Part shown: one piece after another, positions 1-9,557 of the stretch
Layout: each line of letters starts with the position of its first letter
Numbering within the stretch: the first letter of the stretch is position 1
From: an uncultured Clostridium sp.
GTDB lineage: Bacteria; Bacillota; Clostridia; TANB77; CAG-508
Assembly: GCA_947303785.1 (NCBI GenBank)
Contig: CAMYZH010000003.1
Coordinates: forward strand, 596 to 64,595
Reading direction: 5' to 3'
Length of the DNA stretch: 64,000 bases
Made by a program: the position numbers and the translations under genes
The notes under the pieces: generated by a model
Told to the model about the DNA's origin: nothing
Database searches by the model: none
Seen by the model: only the letters and a program-made list of their open reading frames with translations

Positions 1-424
1 AGCAATATTAAATGATATCGGTACAGAAGAACTTGCACACCTTGAAATGGTTGGCTCTATAGTTCATCAACTTACTGACGGTGCATCTGTTGAAGAGCTT
101 GAAAAAGCCGGTCTTGGAGCATATTACACAGATCATGGTGTTGATGTTTATCCTCAATCTGCAGCAGGAATTCCATTTACAGCAAGTTATATCGCAGCAA
201 AAGGCGACCCTGTTGCAAACCTACAAGAAAACTTGGCAGCAGAACAAAAAGCTCGTGCAACCTATGAAAAGTTAATAGATTTATGTGCAGATGACCCAGA
301 TGTTGTTGACCCTTTACGATTTTTGAGGCAACGTGAAGTCGTTCACTTTCAAAGATTTGGAGAAGCACTAAATGGTGTTCAAGAAAAATTAGCGCAAAAA
401 AAATTTTATCAGCAGTTTAACTAA
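1..424 (+). CDS. Manganese catalase (CotJC/YjqC-like), 5'-partial; the frame is open from base 2 (AILNDIGTEELAHLEMVGSIVHQL...)
   Basis: The translation matches the Mn-catalase C-terminal region. The ORF is open to the window edge, so the true start lies upstream of the window. Confidence 0.85.
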   Translation, partial: AILNDIGTEELAHLEMVGSIVHQLTDGASVEELEKAGLGAYYTDHGVDVYPQSAAGIPFTASYIAAKGDPVANLQENLAAEQKARATYEKLIDLCADDPDVVDPLRFLRQREVVHFQRFGEALNGVQEKLAQKKFYQQFN

Positions 425-428
425 ATTT

Positions 429-454
429 AAGAGCGAGAAAATCACTCGCTCTTT
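429..454 (+). terminator. Rho-independent terminator hairpin (agagcgag-N8-ctcgctct followed by a T-rich run)
   Basis: Perfect 8-bp stem immediately after the catalase stop codon, followed by T-rich sequence. Confidence 0.6.
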
Positions 455-578
455 CTGGTTCTATATTGTTTTCTAACATTAACACTGCTGTTTCTTCACT
501 ATTTACAAAGTCTTAAAATACTTTCATACCCTTTTCGATCAATAGGCTTTTTCTTTACCTTGATATAAACTTCCTTGC

Positions 579-1283
579 TTAGATCGTAGGTTCATCAAAT
601 CTCTTATTAGGCTCTATTTGCTGTGACAATTTATGAACAATTATCTCTAAACTATTCATTAATTTTTCTAATCTAGATGCATCACACCTAAGTGACCTAC
701 AAAGCTCAATTTGAAAACATGGAACCTTAGAGTGTTTATTAATATAATTACTTACAATTGTTTTGCTAGATGCATCAAATATGCAGTCTACAGTAGTATT
801 TCCAACTACTCTGAGTTGCTCAGTTATAATTTTAAGATACTCATCTTCAGAATTAATGTTTAATCCATAATTAGTTCCAACATCAATTTCAAATGGATAA
901 TCATCTTTACATCCATGAATTTCTATCATACACCCTATTTGTTTTTCTTCTATAGTTTTTAAAATAGCATTTTTATATGCTAGTGAAACTCCTTCATTTT
1001 CCGAATTTGGATCATCACCTAAATTACAGGTTCTAATTATACCATTAGAACCTGTTTTTGCACATAAAATTTCAACAATTGGTCCTGTTAAAGTCTCGGC
1101 ACCTTTTATTTTCCCTTTTCTAATTTGTCTAACAGCATGTGGCGCTGAAATTAGGATTGGAATTTTTCCTGATTTTATCATGAAATTATTTGAATTCTCA
1201 CCAAGGCTCCCATTACAATTATTTTGTACATATTTTTCATTAATTTTTCTTATATCTTTTATAAAATCTTCAATATCATTCAC
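579..1283 (-). CDS. Hypothetical hydrolase, possibly N-formylglutamate amidohydrolase-family
   Basis: 234-aa ORF. The segment ILISAPHAV resembles the FGase segment LLxTCEHgg. This is only weak pattern recall. Confidence 0.3.
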   Translation of the reverse strand: MNDIEDFIKDIRKINEKYVQNNCNGSLGENSNNFMIKSGKIPILISAPHAVRQIRKGKIKGAETLTGPIVEILCAKTGSNGIIRTCNLGDDPNSENEGVSLAYKNAILKTIEEKQIGCMIEIHGCKDDYPFEIDVGTNYGLNINSEDEYLKIITEQLRVVGNTTVDCIFDASSKTIVSNYINKHSKVPCFQIELCRSLRCDASRLEKLMNSLEIIVHKLSQQIEPNKRFDEPTI

Positions 1284-1336
1284 TATATCAACATCCTTCT
1301 TTATACGATTTATATTAGACTTTCTATTAAAAAATT

Positions 1337-2152
1337 TTATATTTCAAGTATTTTTTTCTTTAACTCATTAATAATAGCCTTTTTGTTCTCTGAATACAGT
1401 TCAAAATCTATTGATGCATTTTCAATTATATCTTTTTCTTCATTTTGTAATGAATTTTTATTTCTATTCCTCAAAAACAGATATATTACAACCAAATCCA
1501 TTAATCTATAAGCCATAGCTTTTTTATATTTAGGATTTTCTTTATCATCTATTTTTAAACGTTTAATTCTTGGCATTTTAGCAACAGTCCAGTCATCTTG
1601 CCTTTTATCTTTATATTCATATGGGCTCACTTCATTTCTAAAAAAGGCCATAGTCCATGAACGAATCATTTCATCATATTCAGGATTTCTAACAACTTTA
1701 TCTACAAAGTCTAATTCTATCTCTTCATCAAACATTTGAAGTGTTGCAAATGTTAAATTCATTTTTATATATTTATTATTGTCTAAATAATAAACCTTTT
1801 TTAAAAGCTCTAAATCTACCTTTATTGGTAATCTTCCACTAAAATATATTACTGTTTCTTTAAACTCAAATTTATCTTTTTCTGACAAATTATTTATTAA
1901 ATTAATCTCTTCTTGTTCTACCTGCATCTCATATAGTTCACAATTATATAAAAGATTTAATAATTTGTTTAAAAACTTCTGAATCTTAACTAGTTCTTCA
2001 TTATTTTGTAAATCTAAATAATCTCTAACATTATTTGTCAAATCATCATTTAAATCAACCAAAAATCCTTCGATTGCACTTTTAACTGTCTTTTCCTGAA
2101 ATGCATTTATCATTTTTTCATATTTATCATAATAATTATTAGAGTTTCCCAT
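1337..2152 (-). CDS. Hypothetical cytoplasmic protein
   Basis: 271-aa ORF with no recognisable motif. Confidence 0.4.
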   Translation of the reverse strand: MGNSNNYYDKYEKMINAFQEKTVKSAIEGFLVDLNDDLTNNVRDYLDLQNNEELVKIQKFLNKLLNLLYNCELYEMQVEQEEINLINNLSEKDKFEFKETVIYFSGRLPIKVDLELLKKVYYLDNNKYIKMNLTFATLQMFDEEIELDFVDKVVRNPEYDEMIRSWTMAFFRNEVSPYEYKDKRQDDWTVAKMPRIKRLKIDDKENPKYKKAMAYRLMDLVVIYLFLRNRNKNSLQNEEKDIIENASIDFELYSENKKAIINELKKKILEI

Positions 2153-2231
2153 TTCTTACCTTTCTCATCTATACATCTTTTGATTTAATATATCATTTTA
2201 AATCTAGCTAGTCAATCAATTTCCTTTTCAC

Positions 2232-2260
2232 TTTACTTTTACAAAATAAAAGTATATAAT
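2232..2260 (+). promoter_or_regulatory. Sigma-A-type promoter for aqpZ (TTTACT-17 bp-TATAAT)
   Basis: -35 TTTACT at 2232-2237, a 17-bp spacer, and -10 TATAAT at 2255-2260, about 45 bp upstream of the start codon. Confidence 0.5.
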
Positions 2261-2275
2261 CACGTCAAACAAATA

Positions 2276-2294
2276 TACGAATTCAAAATTCGTA
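2276..2294 (+). promoter_or_regulatory. Perfect palindrome TACGAATT-caaa-AATTCGTA between the -10 element and the RBS of aqpZ (candidate operator)
   Basis: 8+8 perfect inverted repeat sitting between the promoter and the Shine-Dalgarno sequence GAAGGAGG. Confidence 0.4.
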
Positions 2295-2306
2295 GAAGGA
2301 GGAAAA

Positions 2307-2990
2307 ATGAAAAAATATATTTGTGAATTCATTGGTACTTTTATACTAGTACTATTAGGATGTGGAACTGCTGCAGTTACAGGAGGAGCACTAAGTATAT
2401 TAGGTGTACTTACAATATCTTTTGCTTTTGGTTTAGCTATCGTTGCAATTGCATATTCAGTAGGAAGAATTTCTGGTGGACATGTAAACCCTGCCGTATC
2501 TCTTGCTATGTTGATTAGTGGAAAAATGACAGTAAAAGACTTTTGTGGTTATGTAGTAGCTCAAATTGCTGGAGCTTTTGCTGGAGCTGGAACACTTTAT
2601 GGAATATTAAGTGCTACAAATCTTACAGATCCAGGACTTGGTGCAAATGGATATGGAGAACTTTCAATGGTAGGATTAGCTCTAGGAGCTGCAGTTATCG
2701 TTGAAATTATTGCTACATGCATATTTGTTTTAGCAATCCTTGGTGTAACTCATGATGACAAATATGATTCAATGGCTGGTCTTGTAATTGGACTTGTATT
2801 AACACTTATTCATATAGTTACAATTCCATTAACAGGAACATCTGTAAACCCTGCAAGAAGCTTCGCTCCTGCCGTAATTGTTGGAGGAACAGCTTTATCT
2901 CAAGTATGGGTATTTATAGTAGCTCCATTTATCGGTGCTGCAATCGCTGCTGTAGTATGGAAATATATTTCTTCAAATTCTGAAGAATAA
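2307..2990 (+). CDS. aqpZ: Aquaporin Z / MIP-family water channel
   Basis: Two NPA boxes (HVNPAVS and SVNPARS) and six predicted TM helices. Confidence 0.9.
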   Translation: MKKYICEFIGTFILVLLGCGTAAVTGGALSILGVLTISFAFGLAIVAIAYSVGRISGGHVNPAVSLAMLISGKMTVKDFCGYVVAQIAGAFAGAGTLYGILSATNLTDPGLGANGYGELSMVGLALGAAVIVEIIATCIFVLAILGVTHDDKYDSMAGLVIGLVLTLIHIVTIPLTGTSVNPARSFAPAVIVGGTALSQVWVFIVAPFIGAAIAAVVWKYISSNSEE

Positions 2991-3022
2991 TTTTTATTTT
3001 AAACATATCAAAAGCCACTAGT

Positions 3023-3052
3023 TATATCTTAACTAGTGGCTTAATTCTTACT
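3023..3052. terminator. Bidirectional terminator hairpin (aagccactagtt...aactagtggctt)
   Basis: 12-bp perfect stem flanked by A/T runs, lying between convergent genes. Confidence 0.6.
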
Positions 3053-3064
3053 ATTTTAAAGAAA

Positions 3065-3829
3065 CTATTTTACTTCTTTAAGTTCCATATCTGCAGAGTC
3101 TTTTAATTCTTCAACAACAGTTTCTATTAAGCTATCGCCTTCTTCTAAGTCGATTTCTAAATCTTCTGCTGTAGCACCATTAAATGAAACAGTCAATTCA
3201 AGTACTTCATCAGATAACCATTTTACTTTACCTTCAGCTTCTACACTACTTGCACCTAATTCACTTGTAAATGAATCTTCAAAACCATCAACAGATTCTT
3301 CCATAGTAGATTTCATCAAATCTATAAAATCCTCATAATCATATACATCTTTAACAGATTCATATGTTTCTTTTATTAAATCTTCCATGTCAATTGTTAA
3401 AACAAGTTTTGTTAATGTTTCATCTGTTCCATAAAGATCCATTGTCCATTCTGTTCCATCTAATCCTGCAGTAGCACTCATATCAATTGTTCCTGAGAAA
3501 TGACGTTCTTTGTTACTTGAAGTTTTTGAAGATTTGCTTGATTTTGAAGATTTTTCATCTTCATCCTCATCTTCATCTTCGTCCTCATCTTCATCTTCGT
3601 CTTCATCTTTGCTAGATTTTTTAGATTCTTTTTCATCTTCATCATTTTTATCAGATTTTTTATTTTTCTTTTCTGATGATTGTGATGTTTCTTCTTTATC
3701 ATCTTCTTTGTCTCCACTTATTTTTACATAAGCAAAAATTCCACCAGCAACAGCTAAGCAAAGAACAAGTACTAAAATGATAACCCAAACCTTAACAGCT
3801 CCTTTTTCATTTAGAAATTTCTTACTCAT
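3065..3829 (-). CDS. Membrane-anchored highly acidic protein (Lys/Ser/Asp/Glu low-complexity region)
   Basis: N-terminal TM helix. The DNA contains a (TCATCY)n repeat that encodes a (DE)n tract. Confidence 0.5.
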   Translation of the reverse strand: MSKKFLNEKGAVKVWVIILVLVLCLAVAGGIFAYVKISGDKEDDKEETSQSSEKKNKKSDKNDEDEKESKKSSKDEDEDEDEDEDEDEDEDEKSSKSSKSSKTSSNKERHFSGTIDMSATAGLDGTEWTMDLYGTDETLTKLVLTIDMEDLIKETYESVKDVYDYEDFIDLMKSTMEESVDGFEDSFTSELGASSVEAEGKVKWLSDEVLELTVSFNGATAEDLEIDLEEGDSLIETVVEELKDSADMELKEVK

Positions 3830-3868
3830 TTCTTTTCCTCCTTAAATTTTTTCATTTAGATTTATATT

Positions 3869-4594
3869 TTATTTATTAAAATATACTTGATAATTATTTT
3901 TTTGAGACAATATTTCATTTTTTTCATCTTCTGTAAGATATCCATATTCAACCATTTTTGTCAATACAATTTTTTGCCTTTGTGAAGCAAGTTCAAAATT
4001 AACTGTCGGCGCATATACTGACGGTGCATTGGGGACTCCAACTATCATAGTTGCTTCATAATCATTAAGTTGAGATGGTAATTTTTGAAAATATCCTTCA
4101 CTTGCCTCTTTTAATGAATAATATCCATCTCCATAATAACATGTATTGATATATAATTCTAAAATCTCATCTTTTTTCATGTTTTTTTCAAATTTTCTAG
4201 CCATAAATCCTTCAGCTATTTTTCTAGTAATCTCCTTATTTTGAGTAAAATACGTATTTTTTGCAAGTTGCTGAGTAATAGTACTTCCTCCCTCTACCAG
4301 TTCCTTGCTTCTAATATTTCTTATAGTTGCCCTCAAAATAGAAATTAAATCGACTCCCTTATGTTCATAAAATCTATGGTCTTCTACAGCAATTAATGCA
4401 TCCTTATAAATTTTAGGAATCTCATCTAATTTTGAATAATTATCATTTCCTTTAATTTCAGCTATTTTTTCTTCTAAGCTAGTTTCTTTTAATGCAGTTT
4501 TATACATGGAATAACCTGTTCCAATAAAAATAGATCCTATAGCTAAAACTATTAGTAAAAATATTATTATGAGCTTAAATAATAATTTTTTCAT
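3869..4594 (-). CDS. Monofunctional peptidoglycan glycosyltransferase (GT51 transglycosylase)
   Basis: N-terminal TM helix, the EDHRFYEHKGVD motif and the TITQQLAKN motif, which are typical of GT51 enzymes. Confidence 0.8.
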   Translation of the reverse strand: MKKLLFKLIIIFLLIVLAIGSIFIGTGYSMYKTALKETSLEEKIAEIKGNDNYSKLDEIPKIYKDALIAVEDHRFYEHKGVDLISILRATIRNIRSKELVEGGSTITQQLAKNTYFTQNKEITRKIAEGFMARKFEKNMKKDEILELYINTCYYGDGYYSLKEASEGYFQKLPSQLNDYEATMIVGVPNAPSVYAPTVNFELASQRQKIVLTKMVEYGYLTEDEKNEILSQKNNYQVYFNK

Positions 4595-4718
4595 AAAAAT
4601 TATACTAACCCCTTATTTAAAGTTTGTCAAAATTTATTATACCATAATTTTGTCTGTAAAATATCATAAAAAAGTATATCATTATTATTTTACAATAACA
4701 ACTAAAAAAATATTTCAT

Positions 4719-6116
4719 TTATGTTACAATATTAGCATTAATCTTATTTTCAGCTTTTTCTGTTTTTTTATCCTCTACAGGCTCCTTTTCTTCAACCTTT
4801 TCTTTAGTTTTTTCTTCAACTTTTGAGTCATCCTCTTGTTCAGATTCTTCATCATCAAGTTTTAGTTTTTTAATTGGAAATTTAGTTCCTTCAATAAGTT
4901 GTTTACTATTTCTCTTTTTATTTTCAACATTTAATAATACATCTTCTGATTCATATTGACCAGGTATAGAAATTCTTGCAACAACACATAATTCTCCGTT
5001 TTTGTTCAAAAACATTTTCATATATCTATCAAAGTTTCCTTTTCCTATTGTAGATTTATATGCAGTAGTATATTCTGTAGATGTTTTATCTATTTCAGTA
5101 GATAAATCAAATGCATAATTTTCATAAAAATCTTTAACTGCATCTGATCCTTTTTCAGCTAAAGAACTTTCTTCTATTTTAGCAGCTTCTAATATTTCTG
5201 AATTAACAATAATGTCTCCAGTATAGACATCAACATTATATACATGATATTCATCAAAGTCATCTTTTCCTATAAAAAATACAACCGACAAAATGTTATC
5301 ATTTTGTGCCCAATAATAGTCACAAGTTGTAATTGCATCATCAGGTAATTTAGTAGCCTTTTCATAAAGTTTTAGTTCTGATTCAACATATCCTTTAATT
5401 TCTTTATTGCAACCTTCAATATAAATTGAATCAATATTAATTACAGGGACTTTATATGTATTTCCAGCAATAGTCTTATTTATAGTGTCATATACTAACT
5501 CTTCATCTTCGTCAACCTTAGTGATTTCTTTTTTATTTTTTTCTTCTTTTACCTCATTTGAAACAGTATTTTCTGATTTTTTACTACTTTTTTTATCAGA
5601 TTCTTCTTTTTCTTCATCTTCATTATCTTCATCTTTTTCTTCTTTTTCAAAAATACTCTCGACTTTTTCAAATATTGAAGATAATGATTCAGGCAATACT
5701 TCTAATTTATAAAGACCATAACAACCAGCAATAAGTAATATAATAATTAAAATTAAAATAAAAAATACTTTTAATCCAGTATGTTTTTTCTTTTTTTCTT
5801 TTTTATCTTCACTGGTTTTTTTTGTAAATTTAGGCTCTTCCTTAGGTTCTTCTTTAATTTCTTCCTTAACTTCTTCTTTAGCTTCTTCCTTAGCTTCAAT
5901 TTCTGAATTTTCTGGTGGTTTTATTTCCTGTTCTTCTGTTGGTACATTTTCATCACTTTTCTCTGCTTCATTAACTTCGTTTTCTGCTGTAATTTTAACT
6001 TCATTTGGAACTTCCATTTTTGCCTGTTCTTCTAAACTCTCTTGTAAATTTACTCCACAGCTCGTACAAAACTTAGCGTTTTCGGCAACGTCAGCTCCAC
6101 ATTTAGGACATTTCAT
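4719..6116 (-). CDS. Zinc-ribbon membrane protein with an acidic linker and an extracytoplasmic domain
   Basis: N-terminal CPKCG...CTSCG zinc-ribbon motif, a K/E-rich stretch, one TM helix, then a C-terminal domain. Confidence 0.5.
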   Translation of the reverse strand: MKCPKCGADVAENAKFCTSCGVNLQESLEEQAKMEVPNEVKITAENEVNEAEKSDENVPTEEQEIKPPENSEIEAKEEAKEEVKEEIKEEPKEEPKFTKKTSEDKKEKKKKHTGLKVFFILILIIILLIAGCYGLYKLEVLPESLSSIFEKVESIFEKEEKDEDNEDEEKEESDKKSSKKSENTVSNEVKEEKNKKEITKVDEDEELVYDTINKTIAGNTYKVPVINIDSIYIEGCNKEIKGYVESELKLYEKATKLPDDAITTCDYYWAQNDNILSVVFFIGKDDFDEYHVYNVDVYTGDIIVNSEILEAAKIEESSLAEKGSDAVKDFYENYAFDLSTEIDKTSTEYTTAYKSTIGKGNFDRYMKMFLNKNGELCVVARISIPGQYESEDVLLNVENKKRNSKQLIEGTKFPIKKLKLDDEESEQEDDSKVEEKTKEKVEEKEPVEDKKTEKAENKINANIVT

Positions 6117-6182
6117 AATAAATCCTCCTTTTTATCAATCTACAAAGATTATATCAAAAAAAAATTTTTTGTAAATAATTTA

Positions 6183-6929
6183 TTAACTAATAATTCCAGC
6201 AAATTTTTTATTTAAAAGATTTCTTCTATTTTTCCAATCAGGAACAAAAATACTAACAAAATTATAAAAATCCCTATTATGATTAATATATTTAAAATGA
6301 GCAAGTTCATGTACAACTACATATTCTATGCAATCAATTGGAGTTTTCACAAGATTCAGTGAAAATTCAACCATCTTCTTTTTAGGAATACAACATCCCC
6401 ATTTAGCCTTAAATTTCTTTATGTCTACACTAGGTTTAGGAATATTATATTCTCCCATCTTTTTTACATATATATTTACATACTCTATGCAGATTTTTAA
6501 GCACTCATTTTTTAACCATTTCTCATATATTTTCTTTATGTATTCAATATTATTTAAATATTTTGATTTAATTTTTATGACTAGTAAATTTTTTTCTTTA
6601 TTAGCATCTTCTTTAATAAACACTTCATTTTTCTTATCTTCAACAATTTTTATAAAGTATTTTTTTCCTAAAAAATAAAGAAATTCTCCTTCTTTAAAAA
6701 TATCCGTCTCTTTTTCATCTAACATCAAATCATATCTGTTTTTTTGAATTATTATCCACTTAATCTTTTCCTTTAAAAATCTATCTATTAGGCTTTGTGA
6801 CATTGATTTTGGAGCTTTTACTTCCAATGTACCATTCTCATTAAATTTCATATATAAATTTTTTATTTTCTTTCTTACAAGTCTGTAATTAATTATTACA
6901 CCATCTAAGTTAATTTCCATTATTTCCAA
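6183..6929 (-). CDS. YgjP/DUF45-family (WLM/M48-like) predicted metal-dependent hydrolase
   Basis: C-terminal HELAHFKYINHNRDF segment, which matches the DUF45 HExxH...NH signature. Confidence 0.7.
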   Translation of the reverse strand: MEIMEINLDGVIINYRLVRKKIKNLYMKFNENGTLEVKAPKSMSQSLIDRFLKEKIKWIIIQKNRYDLMLDEKETDIFKEGEFLYFLGKKYFIKIVEDKKNEVFIKEDANKEKNLLVIKIKSKYLNNIEYIKKIYEKWLKNECLKICIEYVNIYVKKMGEYNIPKPSVDIKKFKAKWGCCIPKKKMVEFSLNLVKTPIDCIEYVVVHELAHFKYINHNRDFYNFVSIFVPDWKNRRNLLNKKFAGIIS

Positions 6930-7002
6930 ATTAATCTCCTATAAAAAAGCTACTTCAAAAAGAAATGAAGTAGCTTTCATTTAACATTTTAATAATTTAA
7001 AA

Positions 7003-7806
7003 TTAATCTAATTCAACTATTGATTTATTATCATCATCATAAATATAAATAACAGTTTCACCATAGAATACCATTCTAATTTTTTCAGTCTTTCCATCTG
7101 CTTTTATTGTTAAAATCACTCTATTAATCTCATCATTATCTCCTGATTGTTTAGGATCTGTTAATGCCATTAATTTTACATCATCATATGTAGCAATCTC
7201 AGGAAGTTTTTCTAGTACACTTTGAACTATTTCATCATCATCTTCTAAAGAAAGATATTCATCTAAAAACTCACTATCACTTCCTTCAACATTATAACAA
7301 GCAGCATATGCTTTTATATCTAAATGGCCTTCAATAAATTTCTCCATTTTTTTCTGGCTTGTTAATCCTTCAACAAAATCATTAACTGCATCTAAATAAA
7401 ATTGTTCTCCATCAAAATTAATCTCATTTTCCTCTTCTTCTGTATCATCACCACTATTACCATCATCATCGTTATTGTCATTGTCATTGTCATCGTCATC
7501 ATCGTCATCGTCATTGTCATCGTCATCGTCATTGTCATTGCTGTTTGTTACATCATTAGTTTCATTTTTCTCATCATCTGTTTTAGTTTTATTATCTGCA
7601 TTCGTTTTATTATCATTTGATGTAGTAGTATTAGTAACATTCGTCATAGCTGTTCCTGTAGAATTATCTAAATTAATAACAGATACATTCTTATTCTTTT
7701 TTCCATCCATTCCAATGATTATAAATACTAATATTGCAATAGCAATAACAACTAAACACATAATAAGGGCAAATAATATTCTTTTATTTCTAAAAATATC
7801 CTTCAT
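7003..7806 (-). CDS. Membrane-anchored secreted protein with a poly-Asp/Asn tract
   Basis: N-terminal TM helix. The DNA carries a (GTCATY)n microsatellite (about 7462-7542) that encodes the DDDDDND... tract. Confidence 0.5.
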   Translation of the reverse strand: MKDIFRNKRILFALIMCLVVIAIAILVFIIIGMDGKKNKNVSVINLDNSTGTAMTNVTNTTTSNDNKTNADNKTKTDDEKNETNDVTNSNDNDDDDDNDDDDDDDDNDNDNNDDDGNSGDDTEEEENEINFDGEQFYLDAVNDFVEGLTSQKKMEKFIEGHLDIKAYAACYNVEGSDSEFLDEYLSLEDDDEIVQSVLEKLPEIATYDDVKLMALTDPKQSGDNDEINRVILTIKADGKTEKIRMVFYGETVIYIYDDDNKSIVELD

Positions 7807-8070
7807 TTTTCTTCCTTTCTTTATTTATCAATCTTTGATTTTCTAATTAATTACCATCTATATTATTATATTTGCTTTTTTAAAAAAAGTAAATACATTA
7901 TTCTCAAAAAACTTCACTTCTAGGCAAAATATAAGATTTATAAATTTCCGTCTTAAGCCAAAAATGACCTTAAAAGGTAGATTTTTATCAAAATTTATGG
8001 TATAATAAATATGTGGTGAGTCTTAAAAATTTAGGACTTTCAAAATACTTATATACAAGGAGAAATAATT

Positions 8071-8256
8071 ATGTTTTATATGTCAAAAGAAGAAAAATTT
8101 AATTTCGATATTGAAAATTTAAGACAAGATTTTGCAATTGAAAATATGAACATAACAGAATCAGATATTGAAGTATTGAAAAGGTTCTCAAACAATGAAA
8201 TCTCACAATCTGAAATGATTGACCTATTTAAAGGAAATACTCTAAAAGGAGTTTAA
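8071..8256 (+). CDS. Small protein translationally coupled to fic (putative Fic antitoxin/inhibitor)
   Basis: 61 aa, ending 3 nt before the fic start codon. The FAIEN segment only loosely fits the [ST]xxxE[GN] class-I antitoxin motif. Confidence 0.35.
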   Translation: MFYMSKEEKFNFDIENLRQDFAIENMNITESDIEVLKRFSNNEISQSEMIDLFKGNTLKGV

Positions 8257-8259
8257 GTT

Positions 8260-8862
8260 ATGGAAGATTTTTACACAGCACGAAATTCAATTTATTGCTA
8301 TCCAGGTACTAATTTATTAATAAATAAATTAGATATCCACGATAGCAATAAATTATTTGAATTAGAAAGACAAATAGTTTTAGCAAAATCATATATACTT
8401 AGGCAAAACACTTCTATACATGGTTTTGATAAAGCTCATTTTGTTTATATTCATAAATTTTTATTTGAAGACATATATCCATTTGCAGGCAAGTTTAGAA
8501 CTGAAAACATTGCTAAAGGCAATTTTACATTTGCAAATTGGGAATTTATTGAAACCGAATTAGATCGACTTCTTGAGGAATTAAAATCAGAAAACTTTCT
8601 AGAAAATTTAGATAAAAAAACTTTTTCCAAAAGACTTGCATATTATCTATCTGAATTAAATGTATTACACCCTTTTCGAGAAGGAAATGGTAGAACTATT
8701 AGAGAATTTATAAGACAACTTGCTTACAAAAATGGTTACCTAATAGATTTAACTCAAGTCACACCTCAAGAATTTTTTGATGCTTCAATTACATCTGTGT
8801 ATGAAACAAGCAAATTAGAAGATGTTATTTTTAAATGTTTAAAAGAAATAAAAAAAAGCTAA
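8260..8862 (+). CDS. fic: Fic/Doc-family protein (AMPylase-type)
   Basis: Canonical HPFREGNGRTIR active-site motif. Confidence 0.85.
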   Translation: MEDFYTARNSIYCYPGTNLLINKLDIHDSNKLFELERQIVLAKSYILRQNTSIHGFDKAHFVYIHKFLFEDIYPFAGKFRTENIAKGNFTFANWEFIETELDRLLEELKSENFLENLDKKTFSKRLAYYLSELNVLHPFREGNGRTIREFIRQLAYKNGYLIDLTQVTPQEFFDASITSVYETSKLEDVIFKCLKEIKKS

Positions 8863-8895
8863 GACAATATATTTCAAAAGTCTTAGCTTCTTTTT

Positions 8896-9492
8896 TTAAA
8901 TTAAATCAGAAGTATTGCTTGAATCAGATCCAAATAATACTAATTTATTATTATAGAAAATACCATATAATTTTACTTCTTGAGTATTTCCATTTGCAGA
9001 CACTTCTAAAGTAAAATCTGCTTTTCTAAACATTGTTAGTCTTTTAGTTTTTTCTAATTTTCCAATATCTTTAATTTTGATTTTTACATCATCAGAAGTA
9101 GCTGTTAAATATGACATTGTTCTATATATTGATTTTACTCCATCTACATATTCACTATCTTCATAATCAGCCTTTTTGGCATTTTTGTATTCCTTTTTAA
9201 ATGCTTTTTCTAAAGCCTTTTCATCATCTAAATCTAAATCTTCATTTTTTTGCATTTGTTGTAAAGCATATAATGCCCTTAAATTGACATTTTTTTCAAC
9301 AAACTTGTCCATTTTTTCATTATCACTCATACCATCAACGAAACCTTTTATTTCTTTCTTATATGAAGGTCTTAATAATAAAACTCCAGCTACTAAAGCT
9401 ACAATAGCAATTATAGCTATAATACATATTAACCATGTTTTACTAGTTTTTGCATTTTGAACTTTTTCTTCCATTTTAAAATCTCCTCTCAA
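8896..9492 (-). CDS. Membrane-anchored hypothetical protein
   Basis: N-terminal TM helix followed by a K/E/D-rich extracytoplasmic domain. Confidence 0.45.
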   Translation of the reverse strand: MRGDFKMEEKVQNAKTSKTWLICIIAIIAIVALVAGVLLLRPSYKKEIKGFVDGMSDNEKMDKFVEKNVNLRALYALQQMQKNEDLDLDDEKALEKAFKKEYKNAKKADYEDSEYVDGVKSIYRTMSYLTATSDDVKIKIKDIGKLEKTKRLTMFRKADFTLEVSANGNTQEVKLYGIFYNNKLVLFGSDSSNTSDLI

Positions 9493-9557
9493 TTCATATA
9501 TAAAAATTATATTTATAATTTAAACCATAGTCAATAAAAAGAGAGAACAAAAATTTA

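Noticed and set aside
3478-3731. ORFs 3478-3717 (minus strand) and 3510-3731 (plus strand) encoding K/M-rich or poly-Ser peptides
   Set aside because: They are shadow frames of the (TCATCY)n repeat inside the real acidic-protein gene 3065-3829. The low-complexity sequence keeps all frames open.
7402-7846. Plus-strand ORFs 7402-7620 and 7475-7846 (poly-Ile/Val and poly-Ser)
   Set aside because: Alternate-frame artefacts of the (GTCATY)n microsatellite within ORF 7003-7806.
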